Below, one piece after another: positions 15,966 through 26,418 of a stretch of 64,000 bases of DNA. The number at the start of each line of letters is the position of its first letter. Within the stretch, counting starts at the first letter, position 1. The notes below the pieces were generated by a model. It did no database searches. It had not been told where the DNA came from and saw nothing but the letters and a program-made list of their open reading frames with translations. Origin of the DNA: Clostridia bacterium (GTDB taxonomy: Bacteria > Bacillota > Clostridia > Oscillospirales > CAG-272). The translations under genes were made by a program, and so were the position numbers. The stretch lies in assembly GCA_017452475.1 (NCBI GenBank), contig JAFTMJ010000075.1, positions 2,962 to 66,961 on the forward strand, given 5' to 3'.

Positions 15966-16784
15966 ATGTCAGAATGTACACATGATTGTTCAACCTGCTC
16001 CGAGAAGTGTTCCTCAAGGGAGATACCAAAGGAGAAGTTGAATGAGCTAAGCTCCGTTAAGCATGTTATAGGAGTTGTGAGTGGCAAGGGTGGTGTAGGT
16101 AAGTCTATCGTTACATCTATGCTTGCTGTTTTAATGCAGAGAAAAGGATACAAAACTGCAGTTCTTGACGCTGATATAACAGGACCTTCAATTCCAAAGA
16201 ATTTTGGAATAAAGGAAAGGGTAGTGTCTAACGGTGAATATCTCATCCCTGCCTCCTCAAAGACAGGCATAGACATTATGTCCATCAATCTTCTTTTGGA
16301 GGATGAGACAAAGCCTGTTGTTTGGCGCGGACCTGTAATTGCGGGTATGGTTAAGCAGTTCTGGACAGAGGTTGTTTGGAACGAGGTTGACTATATGTTT
16401 GTTGATATGCCTCCGGGCACGGGCGACGTTCCGCTTACTGTTTTTCAGTCCCTGCCAATTGATGGCATTGTTGTTGTTACCACTCCACAGGATCTTGTTT
16501 CTATGATTGTTGAAAAGGCTGCCAATATGGCGCAGCTTATGAACATTCCCGTTATAGGTCTTGTTGAAAATATGAGCTATGTTGTTTGCCCCGATTGCGG
16601 TAAGGCAATCCACATTTTCGGTGAAAACAAATCCAACCAGGTTGCTGAAAAATTCGGTTATGAGGTTCTTGGCAAGCTACCTATGGATCCTAAGCTTACC
16701 GCCCTTTGCGACAAGGGAATTATTGAGCTTATGGAGAATGATTATCTCGATAAAGCTGCTGAGGCTATCGAAAACAAGTTTTGA
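15966..16784 (+). CDS. Mrp/NBP35/ApbC-family Fe-S cluster carrier ATPase
   Basis: Deviant Walker A VVSGKGGVGKS, CPDCG motif, and a Cys-rich N-terminus (CTHDCSTCSEKC). Confidence 0.85.
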   Translation: MSECTHDCSTCSEKCSSREIPKEKLNELSSVKHVIGVVSGKGGVGKSIVTSMLAVLMQRKGYKTAVLDADITGPSIPKNFGIKERVVSNGEYLIPASSKTGIDIMSINLLLEDETKPVVWRGPVIAGMVKQFWTEVVWNEVDYMFVDMPPGTGDVPLTVFQSLPIDGIVVVTTPQDLVSMIVEKAANMAQLMNIPVIGLVENMSYVVCPDCGKAIHIFGENKSNQVAEKFGYEVLGKLPMDPKLTALCDKGIIELMENDYLDKAAEAIENKF

Positions 16785-16815
16785 TTAAAAAATTTATTTA
16801 TAAAGGAGTTCCTCT

Positions 16816-17313
16816 ATGAAAAAGAAATTGACAACCGTCGCTTTCAATGGCACTGCTGAGCAATTGAAGCAGCTTGATGAGCTCATTGCAAAGCACAAAG
16901 GGGAGAAGGGCGCTCTTATGCCTGTTCTTCAGGGCGCGCAGGGTATCTATGGATACTTGCCAATTGAGGTGCAGAAGCACATCGCACTCTCCATGGATGT
17001 TCCACTATCTGAGGTATATGGTGTTGCATCCTTCTATTCACAGTTCATCCTTAATCCAAAGGGCGAGTATGCAGTTGCTGTTTGCTTAGGTACTGCTTGC
17101 TACGTTAAGGGTGCAGGCTTGCTTATGGACAAGCTTGAGTCCTTGCTCGGCATTAAGAATGGCGAAATCTCCGCAGACAGAAAGTTCAGCTTGGATGCTA
17201 CCCGTTGCATCGGTGCTTGCGGTCTTGCTCCTGTTCTCACAGTTAACGAAGAGGTTTACGGCAGACTCACACCTGATATGATCAAGGGCATTCTCGATAA
17301 ATACAATAATTAA
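16816..17313 (+). CDS. hydC: [FeFe] hydrogenase gamma subunit, NuoE-like with a 2Fe-2S cluster (HydC)
   Basis: 165 aa. Thioredoxin-like 2Fe-2S Cys pattern (VCLGTAC...CIGACGLAP). Confidence 0.85.
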   Translation: MKKKLTTVAFNGTAEQLKQLDELIAKHKGEKGALMPVLQGAQGIYGYLPIEVQKHIALSMDVPLSEVYGVASFYSQFILNPKGEYAVAVCLGTACYVKGAGLLMDKLESLLGIKNGEISADRKFSLDATRCIGACGLAPVLTVNEEVYGRLTPDMIKGILDKYNN

Positions 17314-17333
17314 GGAAAGGACGGAAAAAGATA

Positions 17334-19244
17334 GTGATTAAGAATATAAACGAACTTGCTCAAATTAGAGCAGCTTACGAAAACAAAATTAATTTCCGTC
17401 AGCATTCCAAGGACGCAACCGTTTCTGATGGCAACGTTAAGAAGCACGTCCTCATTTGTGGCGGTACAGGCTGTACATCCTCTAAGAGTGTACAGATTAA
17501 GGCAGAGATGGAAAGAGCAATTAAGGAGGCAGGCATTGAAAATGAGGTACAGGTTGTACTTACAGGCTGCTTCGGTCTTTGCGCACTCGGCCCAATCGTA
17601 ATTGTATATCCTGAAGGCACCTTCTACTCAAGAATTGCGATTAAGGATGCTGAAACAATCGTTAAGGAGCATCTTGTTGGCGGTAACCCTGTTAAGAGCC
17701 TTCTTTACTCCGAAACTGTTAAGGGTGATGAAATTCTTTCCCTTAACGAAACAGCTTTCTATAAGAAGCAAAAGAGAGTTGCACTCCGTAACTGTGGCGT
17801 TATCGACCCAGAGTGCATCAATGAATACATAGGTACAAACGGCTACACCGCGCTTGGTAAGGTTCTTACCGAGATGACTCCTGATGATGTAATTAAGGAA
17901 ATCCTTGATTCCGGTATCAGAGGTAGAGGAGGCGGCGGCTTCCCAACAGGTAGAAAGTGGGCATTTGCAGCAGCTCAGCCTAAGGGTCAGAAGTATGTTG
18001 TTTGTAACGCAGACGAGGGTGACCCGGGTGCATTTATGGACCGTTCCATCCTTGAGGGCGACCCACACGCATTGATTGAGGCTATGGCTATTGCAGGCTA
18101 CGCAATCGGTGCTAACCAGGGCTACGTATATGTTCGTGCTGAGTATCCAATCGCCGTTAACAGACTCCAGAAGGATATTGACGACGCAAGAGCAGAGGGC
18201 TTGCTTGGTAAGAACATTTTCGGTACAGACTTTGAGTTTGACCTTCAGATAAGACTTGGCGCCGGTGCTTTCGTATGCGGTGAGGAAACAGCTCTTCTAA
18301 CCTCCATCGAGGGTAACAGAGGTGAGCCACGTCCACGTCCTCCATTCCCTGCTGTTAAGGGTCTTTGGGGCAAGCCAACCATTATCAATAACGTTGAAAC
18401 ATACGCAAACATTCCGCAAATCATCAATAAGGGTGCTAAGTGGTTTGCATCTATGGGTACTGAAAAGTCCAAGGGTACTAAGGTATTTGCTTTGGGCGGT
18501 AAGATTACCAACACAGGTCTTGTTGAAATTCCTATGGGTACAACTCTTCGTGAGGTTGTTGAGGAAATCGGCGGCGGTATTCCAAACGGTAAGAAGTTTA
18601 AGGCTGCTCAGACAGGCGGTCCTTCCGGCGGATGTATTCCTGCTTCCAAGTTCGATGTTGAAATCGACTATGACAACTTGATTGCACAGGGCTCAATGAT
18701 GGGCTCAGGCGGTCTTATCGTTATGGACGAGGACACCTGTATGGTTGACTTGGCTAAGTTCTTCCTTGAGTTCACAGTTGATGAGTCCTGCGGTAAGTGC
18801 GCACCATGCCGTATCGGTACTGTAAGACTTCTTGAAATTCTTACAAAGATTACCGAGGGTAACGGTGAGATGGAAGACCTTGACAAGCTTGAAGAGCTTG
18901 CTAACTATATTAAGAGCGCATCTCTTTGCGGTCTCGGTCAGACAGCTCCAAACCCTGTTCTTTCCACTCTTGCTAACTTCCGTGACGAGTATATCGCTCA
19001 CATTGTTGATAAGAAGTGTCCTGCAGGTGTATGTAAGAACCTTATGACATACAAGATCGACCAAGAGAAGTGTATCGGTTGCGGTATGTGTATGAGACAG
19101 TGTCCTGCTGACGCAATTTATAAGACTGATTATGTAGCTCCCGGCCACAAGCTTCCATCACTTGCAATTGACGCATCTAAGTGCGTTAAGTGCGGCGCTT
19201 GTATGACAGGCTGCAAGAAGATCAATGCAATTTATAAGGACTAA
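17334..19244 (+). CDS. hydB: [FeFe] hydrogenase beta subunit, NuoF-like NADH/FMN subunit (HydB)
   Basis: GTG start. GRGGGGFPTG (FMN/NADH site), ESCGKCAPCR (N3 cluster), and a C-terminal 2x[4Fe-4S] ferredoxin domain. Confidence 0.9.
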   Translation: MIKNINELAQIRAAYENKINFRQHSKDATVSDGNVKKHVLICGGTGCTSSKSVQIKAEMERAIKEAGIENEVQVVLTGCFGLCALGPIVIVYPEGTFYSRIAIKDAETIVKEHLVGGNPVKSLLYSETVKGDEILSLNETAFYKKQKRVALRNCGVIDPECINEYIGTNGYTALGKVLTEMTPDDVIKEILDSGIRGRGGGGFPTGRKWAFAAAQPKGQKYVVCNADEGDPGAFMDRSILEGDPHALIEAMAIAGYAIGANQGYVYVRAEYPIAVNRLQKDIDDARAEGLLGKNIFGTDFEFDLQIRLGAGAFVCGEETALLTSIEGNRGEPRPRPPFPAVKGLWGKPTIINNVETYANIPQIINKGAKWFASMGTEKSKGTKVFALGGKITNTGLVEIPMGTTLREVVEEIGGGIPNGKKFKAAQTGGPSGGCIPASKFDVEIDYDNLIAQGSMMGSGGLIVMDEDTCMVDLAKFFLEFTVDESCGKCAPCRIGTVRLLEILTKITEGNGEMEDLDKLEELANYIKSASLCGLGQTAPNPVLSTLANFRDEYIAHIVDKKCPAGVCKNLMTYKIDQEKCIGCGMCMRQCPADAIYKTDYVAPGHKLPSLAIDASKCVKCGACMTGCKKINAIYKD

Positions 19245-19257
19245 GGAGGAACTAATA

Positions 19258-20988
19258 ATGGAAAATATGGTAAATGTTAAAATAAACAACAGAGAATATT
19301 CAGTTCCTGCTAACTCAACCGTTCTTGAGGCTGCAAGATATGCAGGCATTGATATTCCAACACTTTGCTATCTTAAGGATATAAACGAAATCGGCGCGTG
19401 CCGTCTTTGCCTCGTTGAGGTTAAGGGCGCAAGAGGCTTGGCTGCAGCTTGCGTATACCCTGTAAACGAGGGTATGGAGATTATGACAAATACTCCTGCA
19501 ATCAGAAAGGCAAGAAAGACAAACCTTGAGCTTGTTCTTTCCGCACATAAGAAGAAGTGCTTAACCTGTATCCGTTCCACAAGCTGCGAGCTTCAGAAGC
19601 TCTGCCTTGAGTACGGTGTAGATGAGGATCACTTCGTTGGTAACAACAACGAGTACCCACTTGACGCTTCCACTGCTTCTGTAATCAGAGATAATGAGAA
19701 GTGTATCCTTTGCCGTCGTTGCGTAGCTGCATGTAAGAATATGCAGAAGATCGGTGTTATCGGCGCTAACGACCGTGGCTTTGACACACACATCGCTTCC
19801 GCATTTGAGGTTCAGCTTGGTACAACCTCTTGTATCGGTTGCGGTCAGTGTATCGTTGCTTGCCCTGTTGGTGCTATCTATGAAAGAGATGACACAGCAA
19901 AGGTATTTGATGCAATTTCTGACCCAACAAAGCACGTTGCAATCTGTGCAGCTCCTTCCATCCGTGCTACTCTCGGTGAGTGCTTCGGCTATGAGCCCGG
20001 CACTGATGTTGAGGGCAAGATGGTTGCTGCTATGAAGGCTCTCGGCTTTGACGGCGTATATGATATGAACTTGACAGCTGACCTTACCATTATGGAGGAG
20101 GCTACTGAGTTCTTGGCAAGATTTAAGGAAGGCAAGAATCTCCCGCTTATCACATCCTGCTCACCTGGATGGGTTAAGTACTGTGAGCACTACTTCCCTG
20201 ACTTTACCGATAACCTTTCTTCCTGCAAGTCACCACAACAGATGTTTGGCGCACTTTACAAGACATACTATGCACAAAAGGTAGGTCTTGATCCTAAGGA
20301 TATCGTATTTGTTTCCGCAATTCCTTGTACAGCTAAGAAGTTTGAGGTTAAGAGAAACTTCCAAAATGCCGCAGGTGTTCCTGACGTTGATGTAGCTATC
20401 ACAACAAGAGAGCTTGCAAGAATGATTCAGCAGGCAGGCATCAACTTCACAGCATTGAAGGATGAGAAGTTTGATGAGCCATTTGATATCGGTTCAGGCG
20501 CAGGCGCTATCTTCGGTGCAACAGGTGGTGTTATGGAGGCTGCACTCCGTACAGCTGCTGCCGTTCTCGAGGGTAAGGACCTTGTTGAGGTTAGTGAGGT
20601 TAGAGGTACAAACGGTATTAAGAGGGCAACATACACTCTCGGTGGCGCTGAGATTAAGGTTGCTGTTGCCAGCGGTACAGCTAATGCTAAGGAGCTTCTT
20701 GAGTCCGTTCAAAACGGCGAAAAGATTGACTTTATCGAAATCATGGCGTGTCCCGGTGGATGTGTAAACGGCGGCGGTCAGCCTACACAGCCTGCAGTTG
20801 TTCGTAACAACGTAGACTTGAAGACTCTCCGTGCAAGCGTTCTTTACACAGCTGACAAAAACCTTGACGTAAGAAAGTCACACGAGAACTCCGCTGTTAA
20901 GAAGCTTTATGATGAATTCTTTGGTGAACCCGCAAGCCACAAGGCTCACGAGATTCTCCATACAAAGTATGTAAAGCGCGGTCTTTAA
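19258..20988 (+). CDS. hydA: [FeFe] hydrogenase catalytic subunit (HydA)
   Basis: ATG at 19258 after GGAGG. N-terminal 2Fe-2S and ferredoxin-like domains, with H-cluster motifs TSCSPGW, PCTAKK and MACPGGCVNGGG. Confidence 0.9.
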   Translation: MENMVNVKINNREYSVPANSTVLEAARYAGIDIPTLCYLKDINEIGACRLCLVEVKGARGLAAACVYPVNEGMEIMTNTPAIRKARKTNLELVLSAHKKKCLTCIRSTSCELQKLCLEYGVDEDHFVGNNNEYPLDASTASVIRDNEKCILCRRCVAACKNMQKIGVIGANDRGFDTHIASAFEVQLGTTSCIGCGQCIVACPVGAIYERDDTAKVFDAISDPTKHVAICAAPSIRATLGECFGYEPGTDVEGKMVAAMKALGFDGVYDMNLTADLTIMEEATEFLARFKEGKNLPLITSCSPGWVKYCEHYFPDFTDNLSSCKSPQQMFGALYKTYYAQKVGLDPKDIVFVSAIPCTAKKFEVKRNFQNAAGVPDVDVAITTRELARMIQQAGINFTALKDEKFDEPFDIGSGAGAIFGATGGVMEAALRTAAAVLEGKDLVEVSEVRGTNGIKRATYTLGGAEIKVAVASGTANAKELLESVQNGEKIDFIEIMACPGGCVNGGGQPTQPAVVRNNVDLKTLRASVLYTADKNLDVRKSHENSAVKKLYDEFFGEPASHKAHEILHTKYVKRGL

Positions 20989-21013
20989 TCTTAATAAAGC
21001 GTTAAGTTAACTT

Positions 21014-21050
21014 AACCCGCCAAGGCGAAACGCCTTGGCGGGTTTTGTTG
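21014..21050 (+). terminator. Rho-independent terminator of the hyd operon
   Basis: AACCCGCCAAGGCG-AAA-CGCCTTGGCGGGTT followed by TTGTTG. Confidence 0.85.
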
Positions 21051-21118
21051 TATAATCAAAGACACCCCAAGCAGTGCCCTGATTTATCGCAGATCGTCGC
21101 TTGAGGTGTCTTTTTAAG

Positions 21119-22819
21119 TTATTCTATTGCAATTGTAAAGCTTACACACTTATCTTGTGTTTTAAGGCTTAAATCAGTCAGATACACGGTAACCCCCTTG
21201 GTGGTATTACCGTTTACATCACATTCGAGAGTGTGCGTATCTGTCGAATACGAAGCATCAAAAATTTCTTTATCAAATTTTATGTGTGCTTTGCCAATGA
21301 TTACCTCGCCGTTTTTAAATGTCGGCTCCAAGTAGCTTACAAGCCTTTCCGTAAGAGTAAATTCGCCCTCAATATCGAGCTTGTCACATACTGTGACGGA
21401 ATTATCTGTAAAGGAGAACATTCTTGTCAGCTTTTTCAGCTCTTTTATGCTGTAAATATCCTCGAAATCAATGGAAAAAATACCGTTTTCATATTTTGTG
21501 TAGGAAAATGTTTCTGGAATGTTTTTTTGATATTGTCCGTTGATAATTGGCACATTGTGTCCTCTTGACGAGGTTTCAAGATAGGTGTACCTTGTGTCCT
21601 GCTCGAAATACTGCCTTGTGTAAGGGCGCCCACCCATATCAATAAGCACCTGTTCGTTATCAATAGACAGAATAAAAGAGCCCACATCATTGTGATTATG
21701 GCTTTCACGGTTTGTGCCACCGCGAGAGGCAAAGCCGTATTTTTCGCATCTCTTTACAAACCAACCGGTGTCGCCCATATAGTTTGTCACTTCTTTTGGA
21801 AACTCATTTTGAGTAAATGAAGAATCATAGTCATTAAATGCACGGAGCATAAAGGGAAAATAATGCACATCATATCTTCTGCGGTTCTTTTGCGGAAGCT
21901 CGAAAGCATCTTTAAAACAGCTTTTTAAGCCGAACAGAAAGCCGGCGTGTAATGAAAACTTGCCAAAAGGCCTGCAGTCACCGTATGTAACTATTACATC
22001 CCTGTCTAAATATAATTTTTGTAAAAATGTAGAAATATTCTGCACCTTTTCCGTATCAACTAAATTATATTTACCGTTAGTAAATATGCTTTGCATTCTT
22101 GCATATTCCATAAAATAGCCAAAGCCGTAGGACCAGTAACCTGCGCCCTCAACACAGACACCGTCATCCTTGTAAGAACGCAAATAGTCAGCCATATTCT
22201 CGTTTAGTCTGTCTCTTACAATCTCAAAAAGCTCGGGACGGTTGAGCATAATGGTACATCCGGTAGCACCTGTACAAACAGCAGTCCAGTTGTTTTGCCG
22301 ATATTCCCAGTGCCATCTTTTTTTCAAAAAGGGCTTAATTAAACGCCTGTCAAGCTCGTAATCAATTCTTGACCTTATAAGAGGGTGCAATCTGCCTCCA
22401 AGCAAGACCTTGATAATAGCAAGTGCCATTGACATAGTTGTGGCATCCAAATCAAGCTCACAATTATTATTGACGTCAATATTCTCAATATGTGCAGGTA
22501 AAGCCCAAACATACTGGTCGCAGACCTCCCAAATTGTGTTTTGCAAAAGCTCTAAATACCCGTCGTTTTCAGGAAAAAGCAGACACATAAAAGCCGCCGC
22601 ATACATACGGTGCTGGCGCTTGAAAAAAACATCTTGATATGCGTTTCTGTCTCCCTTTTCTTTAAACAAACAAAACTTAGAAAACTTAGTTGCTTCGATT
22701 TCACCAACACAGCAATCCGCATATTCTTTTGTTATTGCATCAACCATTTCTTTGTATTCAGGCTTGCTTTTTAACTCTGCCCAAAATTTTGGGTCAGATA
22801 CCTTTCCAAGTAAATTCAT
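21119..22819 (-). CDS. Heparinase II/III-like polysaccharide lyase family protein
   Basis: 566 aa. The C-terminal region has NRESHNHNDVGSFIL, which is typical of the heparinase II/III family, and the N-terminus looks like an alpha/alpha toroid. Confidence 0.55.
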   Translation of the reverse strand: MNLLGKVSDPKFWAELKSKPEYKEMVDAITKEYADCCVGEIEATKFSKFCLFKEKGDRNAYQDVFFKRQHRMYAAAFMCLLFPENDGYLELLQNTIWEVCDQYVWALPAHIENIDVNNNCELDLDATTMSMALAIIKVLLGGRLHPLIRSRIDYELDRRLIKPFLKKRWHWEYRQNNWTAVCTGATGCTIMLNRPELFEIVRDRLNENMADYLRSYKDDGVCVEGAGYWSYGFGYFMEYARMQSIFTNGKYNLVDTEKVQNISTFLQKLYLDRDVIVTYGDCRPFGKFSLHAGFLFGLKSCFKDAFELPQKNRRRYDVHYFPFMLRAFNDYDSSFTQNEFPKEVTNYMGDTGWFVKRCEKYGFASRGGTNRESHNHNDVGSFILSIDNEQVLIDMGGRPYTRQYFEQDTRYTYLETSSRGHNVPIINGQYQKNIPETFSYTKYENGIFSIDFEDIYSIKELKKLTRMFSFTDNSVTVCDKLDIEGEFTLTERLVSYLEPTFKNGEVIIGKAHIKFDKEIFDASYSTDTHTLECDVNGNTTKGVTVYLTDLSLKTQDKCVSFTIAIE

Positions 22820-22856
22820 AATATCTCCTTAGCTGAAATTTGTTACTGTTACTAAT

Positions 22857-23630
22857 CTAATTAGCGGCTTTTTGTTGCCGGTATTCGCTGGGCGAGCTGC
22901 CGATTATTGATTTGAAGCTTCTGTTAAAGCTTCTAAGGCAGTCAAAGCCACATTCGTGGGCTATATCAAGCACAGTACAATTTGTTTGTGTTAATAGACG
23001 GCACGCCTCATCTATGCGAAAGCGGTTAACATATTCCGTATAACTAATTCCTGTGAATTTTGAAAAATGCTGTGATAGATATGAATAATTATAATCAATT
23101 TCATTTGCCAATTCATAAAGAGAGCAGTTTTCTTTATAATTTTCTGCAACAAAATTAAAAATTTTAAAAAGTAATTTATGCTTGTCATCCTTAAATTCTA
23201 TGTATGATGCATTTTTATCAAAGCTGCCGCAAATTGAATAAAGAAGCCCCTTAATTTCAAATATAGTTGTGTTATTGTCAAGCCCCCTAATTTTGTCAAT
23301 GTCAAGGCAATCTAAATAAAACTTATTGCTTTTAGGCACATAATTTTCAACCTTTTTAGTATATGTCATAACCAACTGAGGTGAAAAAATCAAAACAACA
23401 TATTCTGAATGAATTTCAGTTTTAATTTCGTGAAGCTGATTTGGGAAAACAAAAACACACTCATTCCCGGAGATTATATACTTTTTTCCTGCGACTGTTG
23501 CTTCCATTTTTCCGCTTGTCGCTATTATTATCTCAAAGCTATTATGAATATGAGCGGAGAAATTGAGGTTGATTCCTTTTTCAACAGTAACCTCGTTAGC
23601 GATTATGGAATGTCCTTTTTGGTAAAACAT
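22857..23630 (-). CDS. AraC-family transcriptional regulator (cupin domain plus HTH)
   Basis: Start taken at MFYQKG, 5 nt after GGAGGG. C-terminal AraC HTH (ELANEIDYNYSYLSQHFSKFTGISYTEYVNRFRIDEACRLL). Confidence 0.8.
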   Translation of the reverse strand: MFYQKGHSIIANEVTVEKGINLNFSAHIHNSFEIIIATSGKMEATVAGKKYIISGNECVFVFPNQLHEIKTEIHSEYVVLIFSPQLVMTYTKKVENYVPKSNKFYLDCLDIDKIRGLDNNTTIFEIKGLLYSICGSFDKNASYIEFKDDKHKLLFKIFNFVAENYKENCSLYELANEIDYNYSYLSQHFSKFTGISYTEYVNRFRIDEACRLLTQTNCTVLDIAHECGFDCLRSFNRSFKSIIGSSPSEYRQQKAAN

Positions 23631-23868
23631 ATAACCCTCCATAAAAATAACATTTTGTCTTATGATTATATCACGCTTTTTGTGATTTTTCAACATTTTT
23701 AACGTAAATAAAGGCGTTGAAAAGGCGTTGGATGGTCATTCGTTTTTTTGAATAACAAAAGAACTAAAATATTGTCTATGTTTCGCCCGTGTTTTGTCTT
23801 GAATACCAACTGAAAATAGTTTACAATTAAATTGAAATGATATTTTATGTTTTAAAAGGAGAAAGAAA

Positions 23869-25647
23869 ATGAAAAGAAAGCTTTTAATTGTAACTCTTGG
23901 CATTATGATTTTTACATGTCTGTTTGCAATTTCCGTATTTGCTGATGCAAATTATAGTGAAAGCGTTACTCTCGCAGACGGAACGTCATTACGGCTATGG
24001 GACGAGGATGGCTCGGGCTTAATTTGGTACATAAGCGGTACCAATGCGGATACAGGCAAAAATACATATGCCTGCGTATCCAATTTACAGCAGGACTCAA
24101 CTCTTGGTGAAGCATATGTAAAATATACCTCATATACCGGCAATACAAAGGAAAACTACTATTTAAATAACCTAAGTATTGTCGATGCAAATGGCACTAC
24201 ATATGATAAAAATAAAGTAGTTGTCGCTAACTTGAGTTATTCTGATGAAAAGCCATTGTATTTACCTAATCAAACGGTACCCTTCAATGCACTTAATGAA
24301 AAGGCTTTTCAAAATTGTACAAATCTTGAGTACGTGCTTTTGCCCGATAATCTTATAAAAGTGCATAACTATTGCTTTTCCGGTTGCAGTAAGCTTAAAG
24401 AATGTGATATGTCAAACACAAGCCTTGTGGAAATTGGAACAAATGTGTTTATGAATGACACAGCTTTGGTTTCCGCAGGACTTCCAGATACTCTTGAAAG
24501 TCTATCAGGAAATATTTTTTACGGCTGTACAGCACTCCAAAAGGTTGATGGGATAAATTCAATATTCAAAAATATTGCTGAAAATGGCGGTAGCTTGCCA
24601 AACGGCCTGTTCCGCGATTGCTCCAGCCTTAATATGGATATAATCTTATACGAGGGAATTACAGCAATAGGAGAATATACATTTCTGGGCTGCACAAGCC
24701 TGAGCTGCTTTAAGGATTTGGTTATACCAAACACGGTTACAAAAATAGGCAGAAGCTCTTTTAATAGCTGTACACAGATAGAAACAATCGGGCTTGGCTC
24801 ATCCCTTGTTAGTTTTGGCGGACAGACAGTGTTTAGAGGATGCTCGAGTGTAACAACAGTATACATCCCTGCAACACTTACCGGTGTAGCTAACGGTACA
24901 TTCTATGGCGTTGCAAGCAACTGTGTGTTCTATTATACAGGAACAAAGGACCAGTTGGCTACCTTAATGGAAAATGTGGTTAGTACAGATAATAACGCGT
25001 TCTTGGGAGCAACGCAAAAAAGTCTTGCTGAATTTGAGGCGATGACGCCATCATCGAAAAAGAGATATATAGTTTATGACTATAATATGTGCGATGCTTT
25101 CTACGGTAGCAAGCATTCAGAGGATGTGGAATACTCTTACGAAAGCTATGATGCTGTGGGAACAAAAACCACCGCTTGCACAAGAGTCGGTTGCACATAT
25201 AGCAGCACAGGAGAGGCAAAAGCATTGTTTACCTACATCGGTCGTTCCGTTCCGGAGAACGGTGCAGATGGAATTGCTATAGGCTATATCATAAACGATA
25301 TTGCAATTAGCGAATATGAAAGTGCAACAGGTAAGAAAATAACTTATGGCGTGTTTGCTGTATTGAAGACACGATTGGGCGACAATGAAATTTTTAATGG
25401 CGAGGGAGTTGCTGCAAACGGCGTAATTTATGCAGAAATGTCAGTCTATGATTTTACAGCATTTGAATTAAAGATAGTTGGCTTCAAAACCGATGAGCAA
25501 AAAAACGCACAGATTGCAATGGGCGCGTATGTGCTTGAAACGGCTGGTGAAGTGTCAGAATATTCGTACCTACAGCTTGGCACACCGAAGGAAAATGAAA
25601 AATATTACTTCGCTTCATATAATGACATAATAACTGCGGCAAATTAA
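23869..25647 (+). CDS. Secreted leucine-rich-repeat (BspA/LRR_5-type) surface protein
   Basis: Signal peptide ending VFA-DA. LRR_5-like repeats (FQNCTNLEYVLLPDNL, FSGCSKLKECDM, FYGCTALQKV, FLGCTSLSCF, FNSCTQIETI). Confidence 0.8.
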   Translation: MKRKLLIVTLGIMIFTCLFAISVFADANYSESVTLADGTSLRLWDEDGSGLIWYISGTNADTGKNTYACVSNLQQDSTLGEAYVKYTSYTGNTKENYYLNNLSIVDANGTTYDKNKVVVANLSYSDEKPLYLPNQTVPFNALNEKAFQNCTNLEYVLLPDNLIKVHNYCFSGCSKLKECDMSNTSLVEIGTNVFMNDTALVSAGLPDTLESLSGNIFYGCTALQKVDGINSIFKNIAENGGSLPNGLFRDCSSLNMDIILYEGITAIGEYTFLGCTSLSCFKDLVIPNTVTKIGRSSFNSCTQIETIGLGSSLVSFGGQTVFRGCSSVTTVYIPATLTGVANGTFYGVASNCVFYYTGTKDQLATLMENVVSTDNNAFLGATQKSLAEFEAMTPSSKKRYIVYDYNMCDAFYGSKHSEDVEYSYESYDAVGTKTTACTRVGCTYSSTGEAKALFTYIGRSVPENGADGIAIGYIINDIAISEYESATGKKITYGVFAVLKTRLGDNEIFNGEGVAANGVIYAEMSVYDFTAFELKIVGFKTDEQKNAQIAMGAYVLETAGEVSEYSYLQLGTPKENEKYYFASYNDIITAAN

Positions 25648-25698
25648 AATTAAAACAGGACAGAGGAGAAAACACTCTGTCCTGTTTTTATACAAATA

Positions 25699-26418
25699 TT
25701 AAATTATATACCCGCCGTTCACACCCAAAATTTGTCCTGTTATAAAGGATGATTTGTCCTCGCTTAAGTAAACGAGAGTGTTTACAACATCCTCGGTTTT
25801 TCCAATTTTACCGAGGGGAGTGTCGCTTTTTAACTGTTCCAAGTCGTCATTAGATAGGTGCTTGTTCATATCGGTGTCGATAACGCCCGGGCAAACACAG
25901 TTGACTCTTATATTAGAAGGCCCAACCTCTTTAGCAAGTGCCTTGGTAAGACCTATCATTCCCGCCTTGGAAACAGAGTAGTGGGCTTCACAGGAAGCGC
26001 CAACCTGTCCCCACATGGAGGAAACGTTGATTATAACACCGTTTTTTTGCGAAATCATCTGCGGTAGCACTTCTCTTGAAGCATAGAACGCGCTTGAAAG
26101 ATTGGTGTCAATCATATTGTGCCACATTTCATCAGTGATATCGGTAAGTAGTGCAAATTCATCAATGCCTGCATTGTTGATTAAAATGTCAATTTTTCCG
26201 TGCTTGTCTGTGGCAATTTTAATAGCCTTTTTAATATCTTCACTTTTGGAAACATCGCAATAAATCCCACACGCCCCCGTGTCTTTTTCAATTTCCTCGG
26301 CTTTTTCCTTAGATTTAAAATAGGTGAATGCCACACTGTAACCAAGCCTTGCAAATTCATAAACGGCGCACGCGCCAATGCCACGGCTGCCGCCTGTAAT
26401 AAAAACTGTTTTACCCAT
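25699..26418 (-). CDS. SDR-family oxidoreductase (FabG-like)
   Basis: TGGSRGIG cofactor motif, NNAG, and the catalytic YSVSK. Confidence 0.85.
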   Translation of the reverse strand: MGKTVFITGGSRGIGACAVYEFARLGYSVAFTYFKSKEKAEEIEKDTGACGIYCDVSKSEDIKKAIKIATDKHGKIDILINNAGIDEFALLTDITDEMWHNMIDTNLSSAFYASREVLPQMISQKNGVIINVSSMWGQVGASCEAHYSVSKAGMIGLTKALAKEVGPSNIRVNCVCPGVIDTDMNKHLSNDDLEQLKSDTPLGKIGKTEDVVNTLVYLSEDKSSFITGQILGVNGGYII

